Shown piece after piece: positions 35,901 to 48,829 of a stretch of DNA of 64,000 bases. How positions within the stretch are numbered: position 1 is the stretch's first letter; every line of letters begins with the position of its first letter. Position numbers and translations under genes: made by a program. The stretch covers positions 850,613 to 914,612 of the forward strand of contig BCKZ01000001.1 in the NCBI GenBank assembly GCA_001600815.1. Direction: 5' to 3'. The stretch is from Alloascoidea hylecoeti (lineage: Eukaryota). The notes beneath the pieces were generated by a model. The model was not told the origin of the DNA and ran no database searches. It was given only the letters and a program-made list of their open reading frames with translations.

Positions 35901-35988
35901 AAGGTTTTTGTCCATCACATTTAATTTTGCGGGACCGGCAGGTCCAACAACCGGTAAAAGTCTTCTTGCGCTTAACCCGTGGCTTCAT
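32961..35988 (-). CDS. ARG81: Zn(II)2Cys6 transcription factor, Arg81/ArgRII-like (exons 35988-35733, 35671-32961)
   Basis: KTFTGCWTCRSRKIKCDGQKPSCERCQKANLKCDGYDIRLRW. Intron 35732-35672 (GTATGT..CTAAC..TAG) gives FQRRSVDFVEY..LGPFAVFQG. Fungal TF C-terminal domain. Confidence 0.88.
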
Positions 35989-36171
35989 CAGATAATGAAG
36001 ACCACAAAACTTTCAACTTTAAAACTAAATCGAAGATTATCTGAAAAACCGGACCGATCTACCATCATAGATTAACCAAAATGGGTGCAAGGATGTTGGA
36101 TGTGTATATATCAGCACGGTATCTTCATCGTTGTTTGGTTATCAGAAAGGCATCGGAAAACCATCTTCACC

Positions 36172-36350
36172 ATGTCTACCAACGATTTTTCAATTAGAAG
36201 GCGAAGGAGACAGAATTTATTCACAAATGATGTTAGAAACTTGTTGCATGCATTAGGTGATGTTCAGAATCCAAATTCTGAAACGGTTGCTGCTTTAGAA
36301 GACGTCTTGACGATGTATATAGTTGATATGGTAAGAACACGAACTTGTAG

Positions 36351-36385
<35 letters not shown>

Positions 36386-36652
36386 CTGTTATATTAGTGT
36401 CATGAAGCCGCCAGAGTTGCACACACAAGTAATAGGCAAAAGATAAAGGTTGAAGATTTCCGTTTTGTACTGCGTCGTGATGGAAGAAAATTGGGACGTG
36501 TTGATCAATTGTTACAGTTACAAAAGGACATTGAGAGATCCAAGAGAATGTTTGACACAACAGAAGGGAAAGCAATCAAAAATCTAGTTTCTGATGATGG
36601 TGATAAAAGGGAAAAGGATAGCAAAGAAAATGGGAAGAAATCCAAAAAATAA
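36172..36652 (+). CDS. TAF13: TFIID subunit Taf13 (exons 36172-36330, 36398-36652)
   Basis: RQNLFTNDVRNLLHALGDV..ETVAALED..|CHEAARVA..RQKIKVEDFRFVLRRDGRKLGRV. Intron 36331-36397. Confidence 0.92.
36351..36385 (+). repeat. (ATA)n microsatellite inside the TAF13 intron
   Basis: 35 nt of perfect ATA repeats. Confidence 0.95.
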
Positions 36653-37018
36653 ATAGCTAGGGATAATGAAAAAATAGGGTGATGTGCTTTATTAATGCAA
36701 GATAATTAACAATATCAGTATAGTAACAGGTCCGTAACACTAGAAGTAGCCAATCGAATAAATTAGCGATAATATTTCGATTGCTGAATGTATATTATTG
36801 ATAGAAAAACACCCAGAAGAAATAATGAGTATTTATAGTAATATTTTCGGGTGTTTTGTTTAAGTTGTACCCTAGAGGAAGCTGATAGCGGCGTTTTTTA
36901 GCCAACATCTTTTATTTAGTTTGTTCTGTTCAGTTTACTATATATCCTCGAGTACAAAACTTAAACATATTTATTAGGAGTTTTCATATATAAAAATTCC
37001 AGAACTTGTTTATATTTG

Positions 37019-38176
37019 ATGCATTTAGCCGATAATAATATTTTCTCAAAACTTGTAGCGTTTCTCATTCTTTATCTCTCAAGATTTTCAGAAATCCTCA
37101 ATGAACATTCTTCTTTTTTTAAACAGTCAAAGTATGAACCAAAAATTATTATCATTTCAATGTTTAACGCCGAGGAAGCAGTCTGGAATGAACCTCTTGA
37201 TTTTACACAAACGGTCTCTATAACAGGCCTCGCACCAGAATACCCGGGTTTGAAATGTACTGAAGATTATAGTATTTGTCAGATTACCACTGGAATGGGT
37301 TGTATCAATGCTGCTTCAACAATTAGTAATATGCTTAGAAGCCATCTATTGGATTTAAAAAAGACATACTTTATGGTTGGTGGTATTGCTGGAATAAATC
37401 CTTATCAAGGGACCGTTGGTAGTGCAACATTTGCTAAAATGGTAGTTCAAGTAAATTTGCAATATGAATTTGACTCAAGAGATTTACCAAAAGTTTGGGA
37501 TCATGCCTATTATCCATTCGGTTCAAAAAAATATGGTGAATATCCTTCCTATTTTTTAGGCACTGAGATTTATCAATTAAATACAGTTTTAAGAGATCGT
37601 GCTGCGGAGTTGGCCGAAAATGAAGGAAATCTGATTGATTCTGAATCTGCTAAATCATTAAGATCATTGTATAATTTTGCTCCTGCCAACACTCTTCCAA
37701 AAATCGAGAAATGTGACACAATCACATCTGATAATTTCTTTCATGGTCATCATATCGCTGAGACATTTGGTAATTATACACAACTGATTACAAATGGAAC
37801 ATCGACCTATTGTACCGCCCAAGAGGAAGATAATGCAACGTTACAAGCCTTTTTACGTGGTCATATTATGGGTTTAGTAAACTTTGGTCATATTGTAATA
37901 TTGAGGACTGCTTCTAATTTCGATAGACCCCCAACAAAAGATAGAGAAGAACAAGTTCATTTCTTTAATAATAGAAACGAAGAAACTTTTGAACTTGGGC
38001 TTAGAAACATCGTAAATGCCGGTTTACCATTTGTTCTAGATGTTATAGATAACTGGGATAATTTGTATAAGTTGGACGTTTTTGAACCAATTGAATATAT
38101 AGGAGATGTTTTTGGATCTCTGGGTGAAGAATATGGCCCTAGAAAATTTGGATTATCGAATATTAAGAAAATATAA
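37019..38176 (+). CDS. Purine nucleoside permease (NUP family)
   Basis: PKIIIISMF..E..W, ICQITTGMG.INAAST, TYFMVGGIAGINP..GTVGS, YCTAQEEDNA, LRTASNFDRPP. Confidence 0.88.
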   Translation: MHLADNNIFSKLVAFLILYLSRFSEILNEHSSFFKQSKYEPKIIIISMFNAEEAVWNEPLDFTQTVSITGLAPEYPGLKCTEDYSICQITTGMGCINAASTISNMLRSHLLDLKKTYFMVGGIAGINPYQGTVGSATFAKMVVQVNLQYEFDSRDLPKVWDHAYYPFGSKKYGEYPSYFLGTEIYQLNTVLRDRAAELAENEGNLIDSESAKSLRSLYNFAPANTLPKIEKCDTITSDNFFHGHHIAETFGNYTQLITNGTSTYCTAQEEDNATLQAFLRGHIMGLVNFGHIVILRTASNFDRPPTKDREEQVHFFNNRNEETFELGLRNIVNAGLPFVLDVIDNWDNLYKLDVFEPIEYIGDVFGSLGEEYGPRKFGLSNIKKI

Positions 38177-38343
38177 TATTGATTGATCACTTATGACTAT
38201 CATAGATATACAAATAATGAATACTTACAACTTCAAATATATAATAAACAATAATAATATTAAGTTTAAATTAAAAGAAATCAACCATATATAATGTTAT
38301 TGATCTAACTAAAATCCACCCCTTACCTTTTTTTCATTTTCCT

Positions 38344-39906
38344 TTAAATTGTTTTCTCATATCTGGTATCCTTTTTCAATGATATATGAGTACCATTTCC
38401 ACTAGATAATGTTAAATTAAGACCTTCTTTCCATGGTCTAGAATCTTTATTCTCAATTCCAGAAAAATTTTGTAAAATTCTAGAAATAACATATGATGCA
38501 TCTGTCAATGCCATATTTTGGCCAAGACAAATACGATTACCGCCATTGAATGGTAAATATTCAAAACTGGTGCATCTCAAAGTTTTCCAACGTTCTGGTC
38601 TAAACTCTTCGGCATCAGCTCCAAACCAAGTTGGATCACGTTGAGTAGCATGTATTTGATAAAGAACAGTGTCACCTTTTCTGATAAAGATTCGTTTATC
38701 ACCATTCTTACCACCACCAACAGGAAGAAATGTGTTTTTATTTGCTGTTCGGAGATTCATTGGTACAATTGGATAGAGACGTAAAACCTCAGTAACAACA
38801 TATCTCAGATATGCCATATCCTTAATGTTTTCGTAAGTTGGATGTCTATCACCACAAACTTCCATAATTTCATCTCTTAATTTTTGATACACATCAGGAT
38901 GACGTGCCAACTCATAAAAAGTTAAAGAAAGTAAAGAGGCTGTAGTATCTCTACCTGCTAATAAAACATTCAATAGCTGATCACGAAGGGCAGTTCGATC
39001 TTGAGTCTCTTTCCCAATAGCTTCTAAGAACACGTAACGATCAGTAGTCTTTTTCTGAATAATATCTGGATTTTTAGAAGCACGTAGACTCAAATCGACA
39101 TATCTTTCAGCATATCTATGGATATAATTACAAGATTCTTTGAAATCCTTACCACCTAGAACCCAATAAAGAGGTCCCATTCTAACTCTACTAGTAACAA
39201 TTTCTTGTGCATATGAAAAGGCAGTAGCAAAATCCCATTTCTCATCCTCTTCTTTATCATGTAATAAAGAGTGAGCTGATTCACCAAATAAGAATTCTGT
39301 TGAATTATCCATAGTAAACTTAAAGAACAAGGGTTGAATATCAAAAGCAGAACCATCAGTTGGAATTAATTTTAATAAGTTAGAGGTATGAACTTCAACA
39401 GGTTCCAAGTCAGAAACTTGCATTTTTGTAAAGTTTGGTCTTAATAATGCTCTAGAATTACTCCATCCATGACCATCGAGTGTAAAGACACCATTTCCTA
39501 ATAGAGGTTTAAACGCTCTATATCGTTCATTACCAAGATCAAAATCTTCAAACTTTTTAGCAAGAATAGCTTGAATATTTTGTGGTTCAATTGTTCCGAC
39601 ATATCTGCTACCCATAAGATGTGCAACAAAGTTACCACCTCTTTCTTTAAATAACTTTTGGTTAACGCGCAATAAATTTCCTTCTTTTAAGTGCTTGATT
39701 TGACTGTAAGCTAACGTTACACCAAAAAATAAAAAGTCGTACCAATGTTCTCCATAGAATTCTTTTGGATCTTCACAATTATATTTTGCAATAAAACGTT
39801 TTTCTATAATTCTCCTATTTACGTAATCAATTGCTTTCTTGGAGATGAGGACTGCAAGGGCAAACCCTACAATATGGTAAACCGTTAAATCTTCAAACAA
39901 GCCCAT
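38344..39906 (-). CDS. Cytochrome P450, CYP52 clan (alkane/fatty-acid hydroxylase-like)
   Basis: LLGNGVFTLDG, LLAGRDTTA, EVLRLYP, FRPERW, heme motif PFNGGNRICLGQ. Confidence 0.93.
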   Translation of the reverse strand: MGLFEDLTVYHIVGFALAVLISKKAIDYVNRRIIEKRFIAKYNCEDPKEFYGEHWYDFLFFGVTLAYSQIKHLKEGNLLRVNQKLFKERGGNFVAHLMGSRYVGTIEPQNIQAILAKKFEDFDLGNERYRAFKPLLGNGVFTLDGHGWSNSRALLRPNFTKMQVSDLEPVEVHTSNLLKLIPTDGSAFDIQPLFFKFTMDNSTEFLFGESAHSLLHDKEEDEKWDFATAFSYAQEIVTSRVRMGPLYWVLGGKDFKESCNYIHRYAERYVDLSLRASKNPDIIQKKTTDRYVFLEAIGKETQDRTALRDQLLNVLLAGRDTTASLLSLTFYELARHPDVYQKLRDEIMEVCGDRHPTYENIKDMAYLRYVVTEVLRLYPIVPMNLRTANKNTFLPVGGGKNGDKRIFIRKGDTVLYQIHATQRDPTWFGADAEEFRPERWKTLRCTSFEYLPFNGGNRICLGQNMALTDASYVISRILQNFSGIENKDSRPWKEGLNLTLSSGNGTHISLKKDTRYEKTI

Positions 39907-42549
39907 TTTTTATTATGCTTGTTATTATCAAATTAAATAGGTTTTCAATTGGGAATATATAAGAGATTTATATAGTATTTGCGGGGATCAAAACTAAACC
40001 AATGGTAAGAGTGGGATTGGAAGAAACGAAATAAAGCTGCGAGTAATAATATTAAGCTTAAGTTGAAGCTAAAGATGTACTCTGTGGGGTTAAGATGCCC
40101 AGCAAAATTCAAAGGTAATCAACAGGTTATTAATCCATTGATTCCCTATAACAAAAAGCTCAGGCATATGACAATTCATGTAGCAACTGTAACTACAATC
40201 ATAAACTTAATTATGAGATTTAATACAATAGTCTTCTTAGCTATATAATAACAAGACAGATATAATCCAGGGCAGTCATAATAAGCTGGATATTTATTAT
40301 GACTAGCTGCCATGTGCATGTGCTAAACCTTTTAAACCTCACTTTCCCAACAATATTATATGGAGTCATGTAATTTTTGTTAGTGTTTGCTGGTATTTGT
40401 TGGTATTGAAAAATATTTCAGAGTACGAAGGAAATCATATATAGTATTTCTACGAATTTACATTTAAAAAATCTTTCATTTTATTATAAATTATATAATT
40501 AATATTAGAATAATGCATATCGATAAAGTAACAATAAGTTTTGGCATTAACAGAACATATATAATAAAATTAAATGCACAACACATGAGTTTTACGTCAG
40601 AGATAGAAATATTGGTCATTATGTAAAAGCTTATAATTATAAGATGAAAACTCCTGCTTCTTTGGTCTAAACTTTCAATTTAAAGTTGAGACTTGTGTCT
40701 CACACGGAACATAATTCAACAAACTTAGTCCTTTACAGTTCACCACTACATAGTACATAGCATAATAACTGCTTGCTTGTGATGGATTTATGTGAATTCA
40801 ATAAATGAGAGGAATATGAATATGAATAGTCGTAGGGGTCTTACAACCGATATTAATAAAAGAGACTTGCTGAAATTTAAAAAATCCATTTAAGGAAAAT
40901 CACATGCATTCTATATCTCGTAAATATTCGTAAATCTCCACAGATATAATTATTTTAAACAATAGCTTTAACATTTTGGAGCATATATGATAACCCCTTA
41001 ACTATTCACATGTTTAATTAATTTTTATTTATTGCAATATTAACATATGTAGAAGGAAATAGTTAAATTTGAAAGAGAATTCGTCATATGTACGAGAATA
41101 TGAATATAATTATTTATCTTCTTCCCCTTCAATCAGCCTTTCAGAAAACGATTTCAATATTCATACAATTATAAGCTTGATATTAGTTATTTTATTGCAA
41201 TTGAACATCTAAAACTATAGAAGTAAATAAACATTAAAGTTTAGACATCCTCCAAACATCAATTCTAGTATCCTGAAAAAAACTAACTTTTATTCATTTT
41301 TCTAATGGATTATTGGAATTGATTTTTGTTGCAACACGAAGAAGAAAAAGGTTACACATACAGAAACTTGCAAAAATATATTGGTATAATCATTATTTTT
41401 AGTGTTAATAACATTTTACCCAACGTTAAAGATCATGAGTTTCTCTTTCCATAAACTTCATAAAATTGGCTTATTTTAGGAGGGTGTATGAAGACTAGTA
41501 TTTGTGGATATCTGAATGTTTGTAATGAGCTATAGTGTATAGTTCAATAGCACGATAATTTTAGTTATACTTCCCTTCTTTCACATGTAAAACAAATTTA
41601 CTAAGGAAAGTCACAATCGCTTAACATTATTTGTTCTTATAATTATAATTAAGAGATCCTTTGTATAATTGAGCATAGCTAGTTGTCAGTGGAGCATTGC
41701 AATTGGTATGAGTTTCAGGATTAATAAATACGGTGATGATCGCTATGAACCTTCAGTTATACCGGAAATATACAGTGGTTTTGGGCAGATTAAATTGCAA
41801 TTCTTAAGATAATTATAAACATTAAGGCTTTTCATCTGCTATTACTATATTTAGTAGTTAATTATAGCTACAGCCTACCTTTAACACATGCATGTACTAG
41901 TTAATACACGTTACGTTGAGATCTGTTATCGCCTAAAAGACAATAAAAATTTGAAACAGTTTCTGGATCTACGTGAAAATCTTCAAACTGCCACCGTTAT
42001 AATATTCAGATGAAGGTCCAGAAGAGTCCGGACAAATTTAGGACGAATTCTGGCTATATGTGAAGCTTAAGAACAAACAAAATTAATACTCCCGTACTAG
42101 ATAGGCATGAAAAATAGGTTTCTCCCGACAACCACCCCCAACGAGCTGTTTTTCTATTAAATAAGCTCCCAAAAAATGGAACAAAGAATCGCCCTGAAAT
42201 ATTGAGGCTTTTCTAATCGGGAATTTTGGATAAAACTAAACCCCCGCAATGCAAATATATGGAATTAAATGGCTGGCATTAATATTAACCTGTAGGTTTG
42301 GCGCGTGCACGTGAATTAGATCACGCATAAAGATCATCAAACTTTTCCTCATCTTCACCACTTTCCTTGGTTTCCCTGGTTGTTATTGTCGAAGTAACTG
42401 AAAGGATCCATAAGAGGTGTCTGAGACTGCTGCTGCTCCCTACTTTCTAGTAATACCCTGCTACCAACAATCAAGTACCGGCCTAGGCTACCATTCACGG
42501 AATTGCCACGATAATGAACTAGAATCCACACAAACCTCAACATCACACC

Positions 42550-44523
42550 ATGACCGCAACGATATCACCATACACATCCTCACCGGGGGACTGGGACCTA
42601 CCAAGGTCTGATAGCCCTACCTCATCACTGTTATCTGATTTTAGTACATGCGCAGACGAAAGATATGAACAAGCTATGAAGCAAATCGCTCAGCTTGAGT
42701 CAGAACTCTCAGAATTTCAAATTTCTTCTAGAGAATTAGAATCAGAACTTGAGAAAGAACTGATAATTTCAGAAAACCAATACGGAACTATGGAAGCTAA
42801 ATGGAAAAATGCGATTGAAGAGCGGGATTCTTGGAAAAACAAATACATAGAATCTCAGCAGGAAGTTGCACAATCCGAACTATCTAAACAATTGGAGATT
42901 AAGAAACTAAAAGAGGCACTAAGTTTAGCTAAACAACAGCTACGTGATGTAGAAATTACAAATGATGATTTAGAACAGCACGAGAGGTATGCATTTTATT
43001 CGTATTCTAAAACGATCGGAATTTTGATTTAATTTGTCAAACTAACTTATTTTTTATTAGGATTGCAAATTCGACTCTAAATGATGTAGAAGATAAATAT
43101 AACTCAACATTAGAAGAACTAGCGATGCTAGAATCGGAACTTATTACTAAAAATCAGAAAATTGAAAATTTTACAGATACCATACAACGATTAAAAGATG
43201 ACTTAAGAGATGTTAACGAAGAACTTGATATAACAAAAAACAAATTACAAAAGAGTGAAGATGAAAGATTAAAATATATAGATGAGTTTTCAAAGAAACG
43301 AATAAACAATGGAACTGATAAAAAAATTGATACTTTACCCAAAAAACTTTCTCCCGCAGGTATCCAATCGCCTTTACGAATTGTGACCAGTGGTTCCAAT
43401 AATGAACCTGATGATTTAAAATCCGTAAAATCACAACCATCAATATCCTCCCAAAATGAACTGCCTGAACCCCGTGTGATCAAGAGAATGCCAACTACAA
43501 ATAGCATGATCACTTTGCATGGGATTATTGCACAAGCAAGAGTATGTAACTTTATTTTTATAATAGATTAGTTTATCGTTCTAACTTTTATTTTCGCATT
43601 AGGATATTGAGGTGAGGATGGGAACAATCCGATCTTCATTAGCACAGGAGAATAAACTCAAGACACATAGACGGCGATTAAGTCCTGAACATGTTTTTAA
43701 AGCTTTAGGGCGAACCCCTAAAAAAGTACCCAGTACAGCAGGTGTTGCTCAACTCGACAATGAATCCTCTTCAAATTCAATTCACTCAACTACAAAAAAT
43801 CAATTTATATTTAGTTCTTCTTCTACTGGATCGCCTATTTACAATCCAAATAATCGTAGACACACTTTAAGGCCAACACATTATGCCCAGATTTCAGACT
43901 CAATGAATTATAGTGAACCAAGAACGCCAAGACCACTATCACTATCCTCTTCCGTTAGTAGTACTAGCGTCTCAACAACAACGTCAGAGCGGAAAGGCCC
44001 ACTATTTGTCCTAGATGAATTCAATGCTACTGGGAGTTTGGGTAAGTCAAGACAGATACCCACACGATCATTCTCACAACATGGGCATTCACAGTCCCTT
44101 GTTTCAAAACCTGCATCAGAATTAGGCTTGACAGAATTTTCGAATTCATCAGTTGAATCGTTTTTTAGGAAAAGAACTAAATCTACCCCAAGGCGCCGTT
44201 CAAGATCATTTCTATCTACACATTCTTTCTTAAACCTACATTCAAATTCCTCCACAACGAACGTATCTAGATCCAGCTCAAGATCACGATCAAGATCGCA
44301 TAGCAAGTCAAATGTATCCGCTTCATATGAATCAACAAGTACGAACACTAGCTATAGTGGTTATACATCCGCCCGAACATCACCCGAAACACCTAAAGCG
44401 AGTGAAGATTCTCTAATTTCAAAATTTGAAGTTACACTCAAACTTCAACCACGATCTCAACCACAATCTAAATCTGCATTTTCCTTTTCAAGTTTATTCT
44501 CAAAACATCACAATGGTACGTAA
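42550..44523 (+). CDS. NudE/Ndl1 dynein-regulator coiled-coil protein (exons 42550-42986, 43061-43541, 43603-44523)
   Basis: LESELSEFQISSRELESELEKEL, LRDVEITNDDLEQHER, LAMLESEL..QRLKDDLRD. Introns 42987-43060 and 43542-43602 are in frame. Confidence 0.88.
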
Positions 44524-45004
44524 GTATGTATCAATTTTACAACAATAATATTTATTCAGAAATTAAATCAAAGTTTATTTTTCACTTTATATTTTTATAA
44601 CATATTTATATTTTTATATTTCTTTATTTTTAAAATTTAAAATTTTTAAATTTTTATTTAACGGTATTGCTGTAATAATATAGGATATATATAAAGAAGA
44701 TGTTTGGTTATCTTTATTATTTGCATCTTTTGTATGAGTTAAAAAAATAAATTTTGTTTAACGCCCATAACGATTTTCTAAAATATATAGTTTCTACTTA
44801 ACAAGCTTAAGTGTTATAAAATTTAAAATAGGTTTACATCTTAATAATAAAATGTCAATAATATTTAATCATAATAATGTTAATGTGGTAGATTTGAGTA
44901 TTATAGATTTAACAATCATAGATTGCAATTGGTATAATCAAGAATTACCCGGAAGTTGTATCAAAGAAAACTTAATTAGATAAGCGTTTCTATTTTGGAT
45001 ATAA

Positions 45005-46461
45005 ATGTCACTCTATGCAAATATACCATCAGCTACTGATCATGAGGAAGAAAATGAACATATTAAGGAAATATCCAGCCAGCCAAAAGAGAGCTTACAT
45101 GAACCGTCTTCATCACTTTATGGTGATTTGGAAAATCATTCCATTGAATCACAAAGTACTAAAAAGTTAACTACCATTTCCGCAGCCCCCATAAGATATG
45201 ATCAACCTATGAATGCTGATAAAGCGACAAACGGTAAGTTTATCGTAAATTTATCTTTAATTTTATTGAATTCTAATATTAATATTAATAATAATATAGA
45301 TGTTTTTAAAACTATATATAATAGAAACCAAAGACACAAAAAGAATTCTAAACCAATTCCAAAACTTATTTCTCAATCACAATCTAACGTGAAGATAACT
45401 GTACCAATTTCAATCACAAATTTAGAAAAATGGCAGGATTCAGCTTACACTGATGATGCTATGTACTATTCAGATGGTTTGAATAAGAGGAAACAGAACA
45501 AGGTGCATATGAGATATGAAAGCGAAGAGAAAGATGATGATAATATTGATTGGGATGAAAATTATGATATCTCACGTCCAAATAATTATTTTACGTACTT
45601 GAAAAGCACGGAGAAATATGATGAAGATGACGATTGGAGAATATATCTTGAATCAAAATTTGAGAAGTATGAACAAGAAGTAAACGATACTTCTCTGCAG
45701 GGAAATAATATAACGAAAATTGAAGCGACAGAAACTCCTAGTTTTAATCAAAATAACAATCTAAACACAACTCAAATATCATTACAAGGTAGCGAAATGG
45801 ATTATGATTATAAAGAAGAAACTATAGATCCATGGAAGAGACGACCGGGACAGAAATCATTTGCATCTCGACTACTTAAATCATACGGATGGAAACCGGG
45901 AATGGGTTTAGGAGCAAACTCAACGGGAATAACAAAGGCTTTGAGGTTTGTACCAGATAAGAAGGGTCCACGAGGTCATGGAAAAATCATTGATAAAAGT
46001 AAGAAACAAAATATAGACACTACAACAAAAATGTCAAAAGTAATTAAATTACTTGAATTAGTAAGTCAAAGTGATCTTGAAGATGAAAATTTAGCTGGAG
46101 AAATAGGTTCTGAATGTGGAGACAATGTAAGTTTTCTTGAGAGTTTAGTTTAATGTTAAATGCAAGATTGAAATTATGAAATTAACTTTTTTCTTTCTTT
46201 ATAGTATGGGACAGTTGAAAGAGTATACATTTCGGACACAAAAACAGAATTTTCGAATGTTTTTATCAAGTTTACAGATGAGATATCTTCCTTAAGAGTA
46301 AGTTTTATTCTATCATCAATTTTTTAATTGATTTGGTATTTAACTAAGTGATCATTCTATAGGCAGTGAATGGTTTAAAAGGGCGACTCTTTGGTGGTAG
46401 GAAAATTAATGTTCAATTTTATGATGAAGCAGATTTTGAATCTGGGATATTTGATAAATGA
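45005..46461 (+). CDS. SPF45/RBM17-like splicing factor (G-patch + UHM RRM); introns 45234-45299, 46127-46204, 46298-46362
   Basis: MSLYANI start, WDENYDISRPNNY, G-patch FASRLLKSYGWKPGMGLGANSTGI, spliced C-terminus EIGSECGDNYGTVERV..VFIKF..RAVNGLKGRLFGGRKINVQFYD. Confidence 0.85.
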
Positions 46462-46565
46462 TTATAGTTCTTTAGTTATAAATTAATCGATTCAGAATAT
46501 TTATTCGTACGAATACATTATATTATCGACATTATGTAATATAATTTAGTTATAATTAGAATTAC

Positions 46566-48422
46566 TTATGTAGTAGATATGTGTAACAAATTGGAAATAT
46601 GAACAGTTAAATCATATATATACAATTGATTTACCCGTTTAGTATATCTCCACCAAAGTCTTATTTGACTGAACAGTTTTGAAATACTGAAGCCTTGATT
46701 GGAATATTTTAACTTTAGCATTTCCTTTTGCTCATCATATGTTGTTCTAGCACAATATGAAGCTAGAATCAGGAATGTCCGTACTGGACCTAAAGGATAT
46801 CCTAAATCTTCATCCAACCTTCTTGTTAAATCATTAGTTTTTATAATTAAGAGTACAACTCTAGGTACTTTCGCTAATAAAGACATCAAATTAGTTATCA
46901 GACCTCCATTTGTTAATGCATCTGCCATACGATCAATCTCCTTTTCCGATCTTATTGAAGTAATATTTCCTGTAGCATGCTCAAAATCACGACCAGTAAG
47001 AGCCGCTGCTAATATAGGAAATTCTTCATCAGTTATATTTGCAAATCGTTTCGCATATTTTCTCATGTTAAGAGTATCTTTATCAATTAAGGCTAACCAA
47101 AAATGAGCATAATCTCTTCGAAGATTTAATGGAATCTTTCTATATAAACCATGATCGTATAAAATAACTTCAAAATTAAACGGAGCTTTTCTTGATTTTT
47201 GTTCTTCAGAAGATAATGCTCTGATTGCAATGTTACCGCCATGAGGATCACAATGAACACCAACACCTGGTGTAAAAATCATATTATTAAAAATATTAGA
47301 GAAGCAATAACTAACATCAGCTCTTGAAATATTATTTTTTTCTAAATATTCTAAATTATTTGCTTTTGCTCCACCAACAAATTCCATTATTAATATTCTT
47401 CTTTGTGCAGAGATGATTTTTGGTATCCTTAAAGCAGTATATTTAGTATAATCTTTAAAATATTCAGCAGTATTGGTCGCATTTTTAGCTTCTTCATTGA
47501 AGTTCAATTCAACATATATTGAAGTTTGCATTTCATCACCGAGCCATGTTAAAGGGTAACCAGGAAAAACTTTATACATCAATGCAAAAACTGCTTTAGT
47601 TAACCAGATATCTAATGGAACAAACTCTTCTAAAGATGGATGTTGAAATTTAACAGCTACCTCTTGACCATTTTCTCTCAATACAGCTTTATGTACTTGT
47701 GCTAAGGAAGCAGTACCTATAGGTTCTTCATCAAAAGAACTAAAATAGTCTTCAAGATTTAAACCAGTATCATTTTTAAACATCAATTTTATAGATTCAA
47801 CAGAAGATCGAGGACATTCATCTTGTAATGGAGTCATTGTTTCCGTCCATTGAGGGGGTAATAAATAAGTCATAGCCGATAAATGTTGACCCAATTTAAT
47901 ATAAACACCACCATTTGTACCTAACGCTTTAAGGGTAATATCAGCACATTGTTGATGACAATCATTTAAGGCTTCATTCCTTTCCTCTGGAGAACCATAC
48001 TCTGCCCTTAAAACACCACCATATTTAGCAAAACATCGAGCTGTAGCAACTGTTACAACACCAACTCTTTTAACAGTAATACAGGTATGTTTAATAAAGT
48101 CCGAAACATCTATGTTTGTTATATAAAGAGAACCAAGAATAATAGATCCAGCTAAAAACCATGTCGATTTCTTTTTCCAATGGGATTCTTTTGGAAGAGA
48201 AGATTTGATAGAAGCATTTGTTGAATAGTTTTTGATTCCAATATTCGTATTTATGTTAATGTATTTATTAATTGTTAAACGTTGTGGTTTCTGTTGCAAA
48301 ATCGAAATTTGTAGATTTTTGACATTAATCCCGGATCTCCAATTCGCAGAAACAGCCGAGAAGGCTTTGATCCCACTAACACGGCCACGAATCCCTGCTA
48401 ATCCTTTCAAGGCAGAGCTCAT
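46566..48422 (-). CDS. MCP2: ABC1/UbiB-family atypical kinase (Mcp2/ADCK1-like), mitochondrial
   Basis: NGGVYIKLGQ, PIGTASLAQVH, VAVKFQHP, HCDPHGGN, YDHGLY. First ATG at 48422. Confidence 0.8.
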   Translation of the reverse strand: MSSALKGLAGIRGRVSGIKAFSAVSANWRSGINVKNLQISILQQKPQRLTINKYININTNIGIKNYSTNASIKSSLPKESHWKKKSTWFLAGSIILGSLYITNIDVSDFIKHTCITVKRVGVVTVATARCFAKYGGVLRAEYGSPEERNEALNDCHQQCADITLKALGTNGGVYIKLGQHLSAMTYLLPPQWTETMTPLQDECPRSSVESIKLMFKNDTGLNLEDYFSSFDEEPIGTASLAQVHKAVLRENGQEVAVKFQHPSLEEFVPLDIWLTKAVFALMYKVFPGYPLTWLGDEMQTSIYVELNFNEEAKNATNTAEYFKDYTKYTALRIPKIISAQRRILIMEFVGGAKANNLEYLEKNNISRADVSYCFSNIFNNMIFTPGVGVHCDPHGGNIAIRALSSEEQKSRKAPFNFEVILYDHGLYRKIPLNLRRDYAHFWLALIDKDTLNMRKYAKRFANITDEEFPILAAALTGRDFEHATGNITSIRSEKEIDRMADALTNGGLITNLMSLLAKVPRVVLLIIKTNDLTRRLDEDLGYPLGPVRTFLILASYCARTTYDEQKEMLKLKYSNQGFSISKLFSQIRLWWRYTKRVNQLYIYDLTVHISNLLHISTT

Positions 48423-48829
48423 TTCCCTTAAGTGTTTATCCTGCAAAAATGCCTTGTGAGAATATAAATCTTTTTTCGCGGAAACAGTAGCTAGTTACTA
48501 TATATAACTAACTTTTATTTATGTAGCTCTAATTCCGGGTGTTCGGCAGGAGAACTACCGGGAAAACATCCGCAAACTTTTTCGCAGCAACGCTTTTTTT
48601 CTGAAAAGCTCACCCGGCCACAGTCATCGAACTATTCAGGGTAATCTCATCATTATAATCAAGCTCAAGAGATTTGAATAAAAGATATAAAAATAATTCA
48701 CAATTTACAAACAATATTAAAAGTATTTCACTATAAAAATATAACGTTTTAGAGCCCTTAAATTTTGGAAACGAGACAACTGGTCCTTTAGAAGCAAAGA
48801 AATTAATACAGTTTAATTATTCAAAAAAT

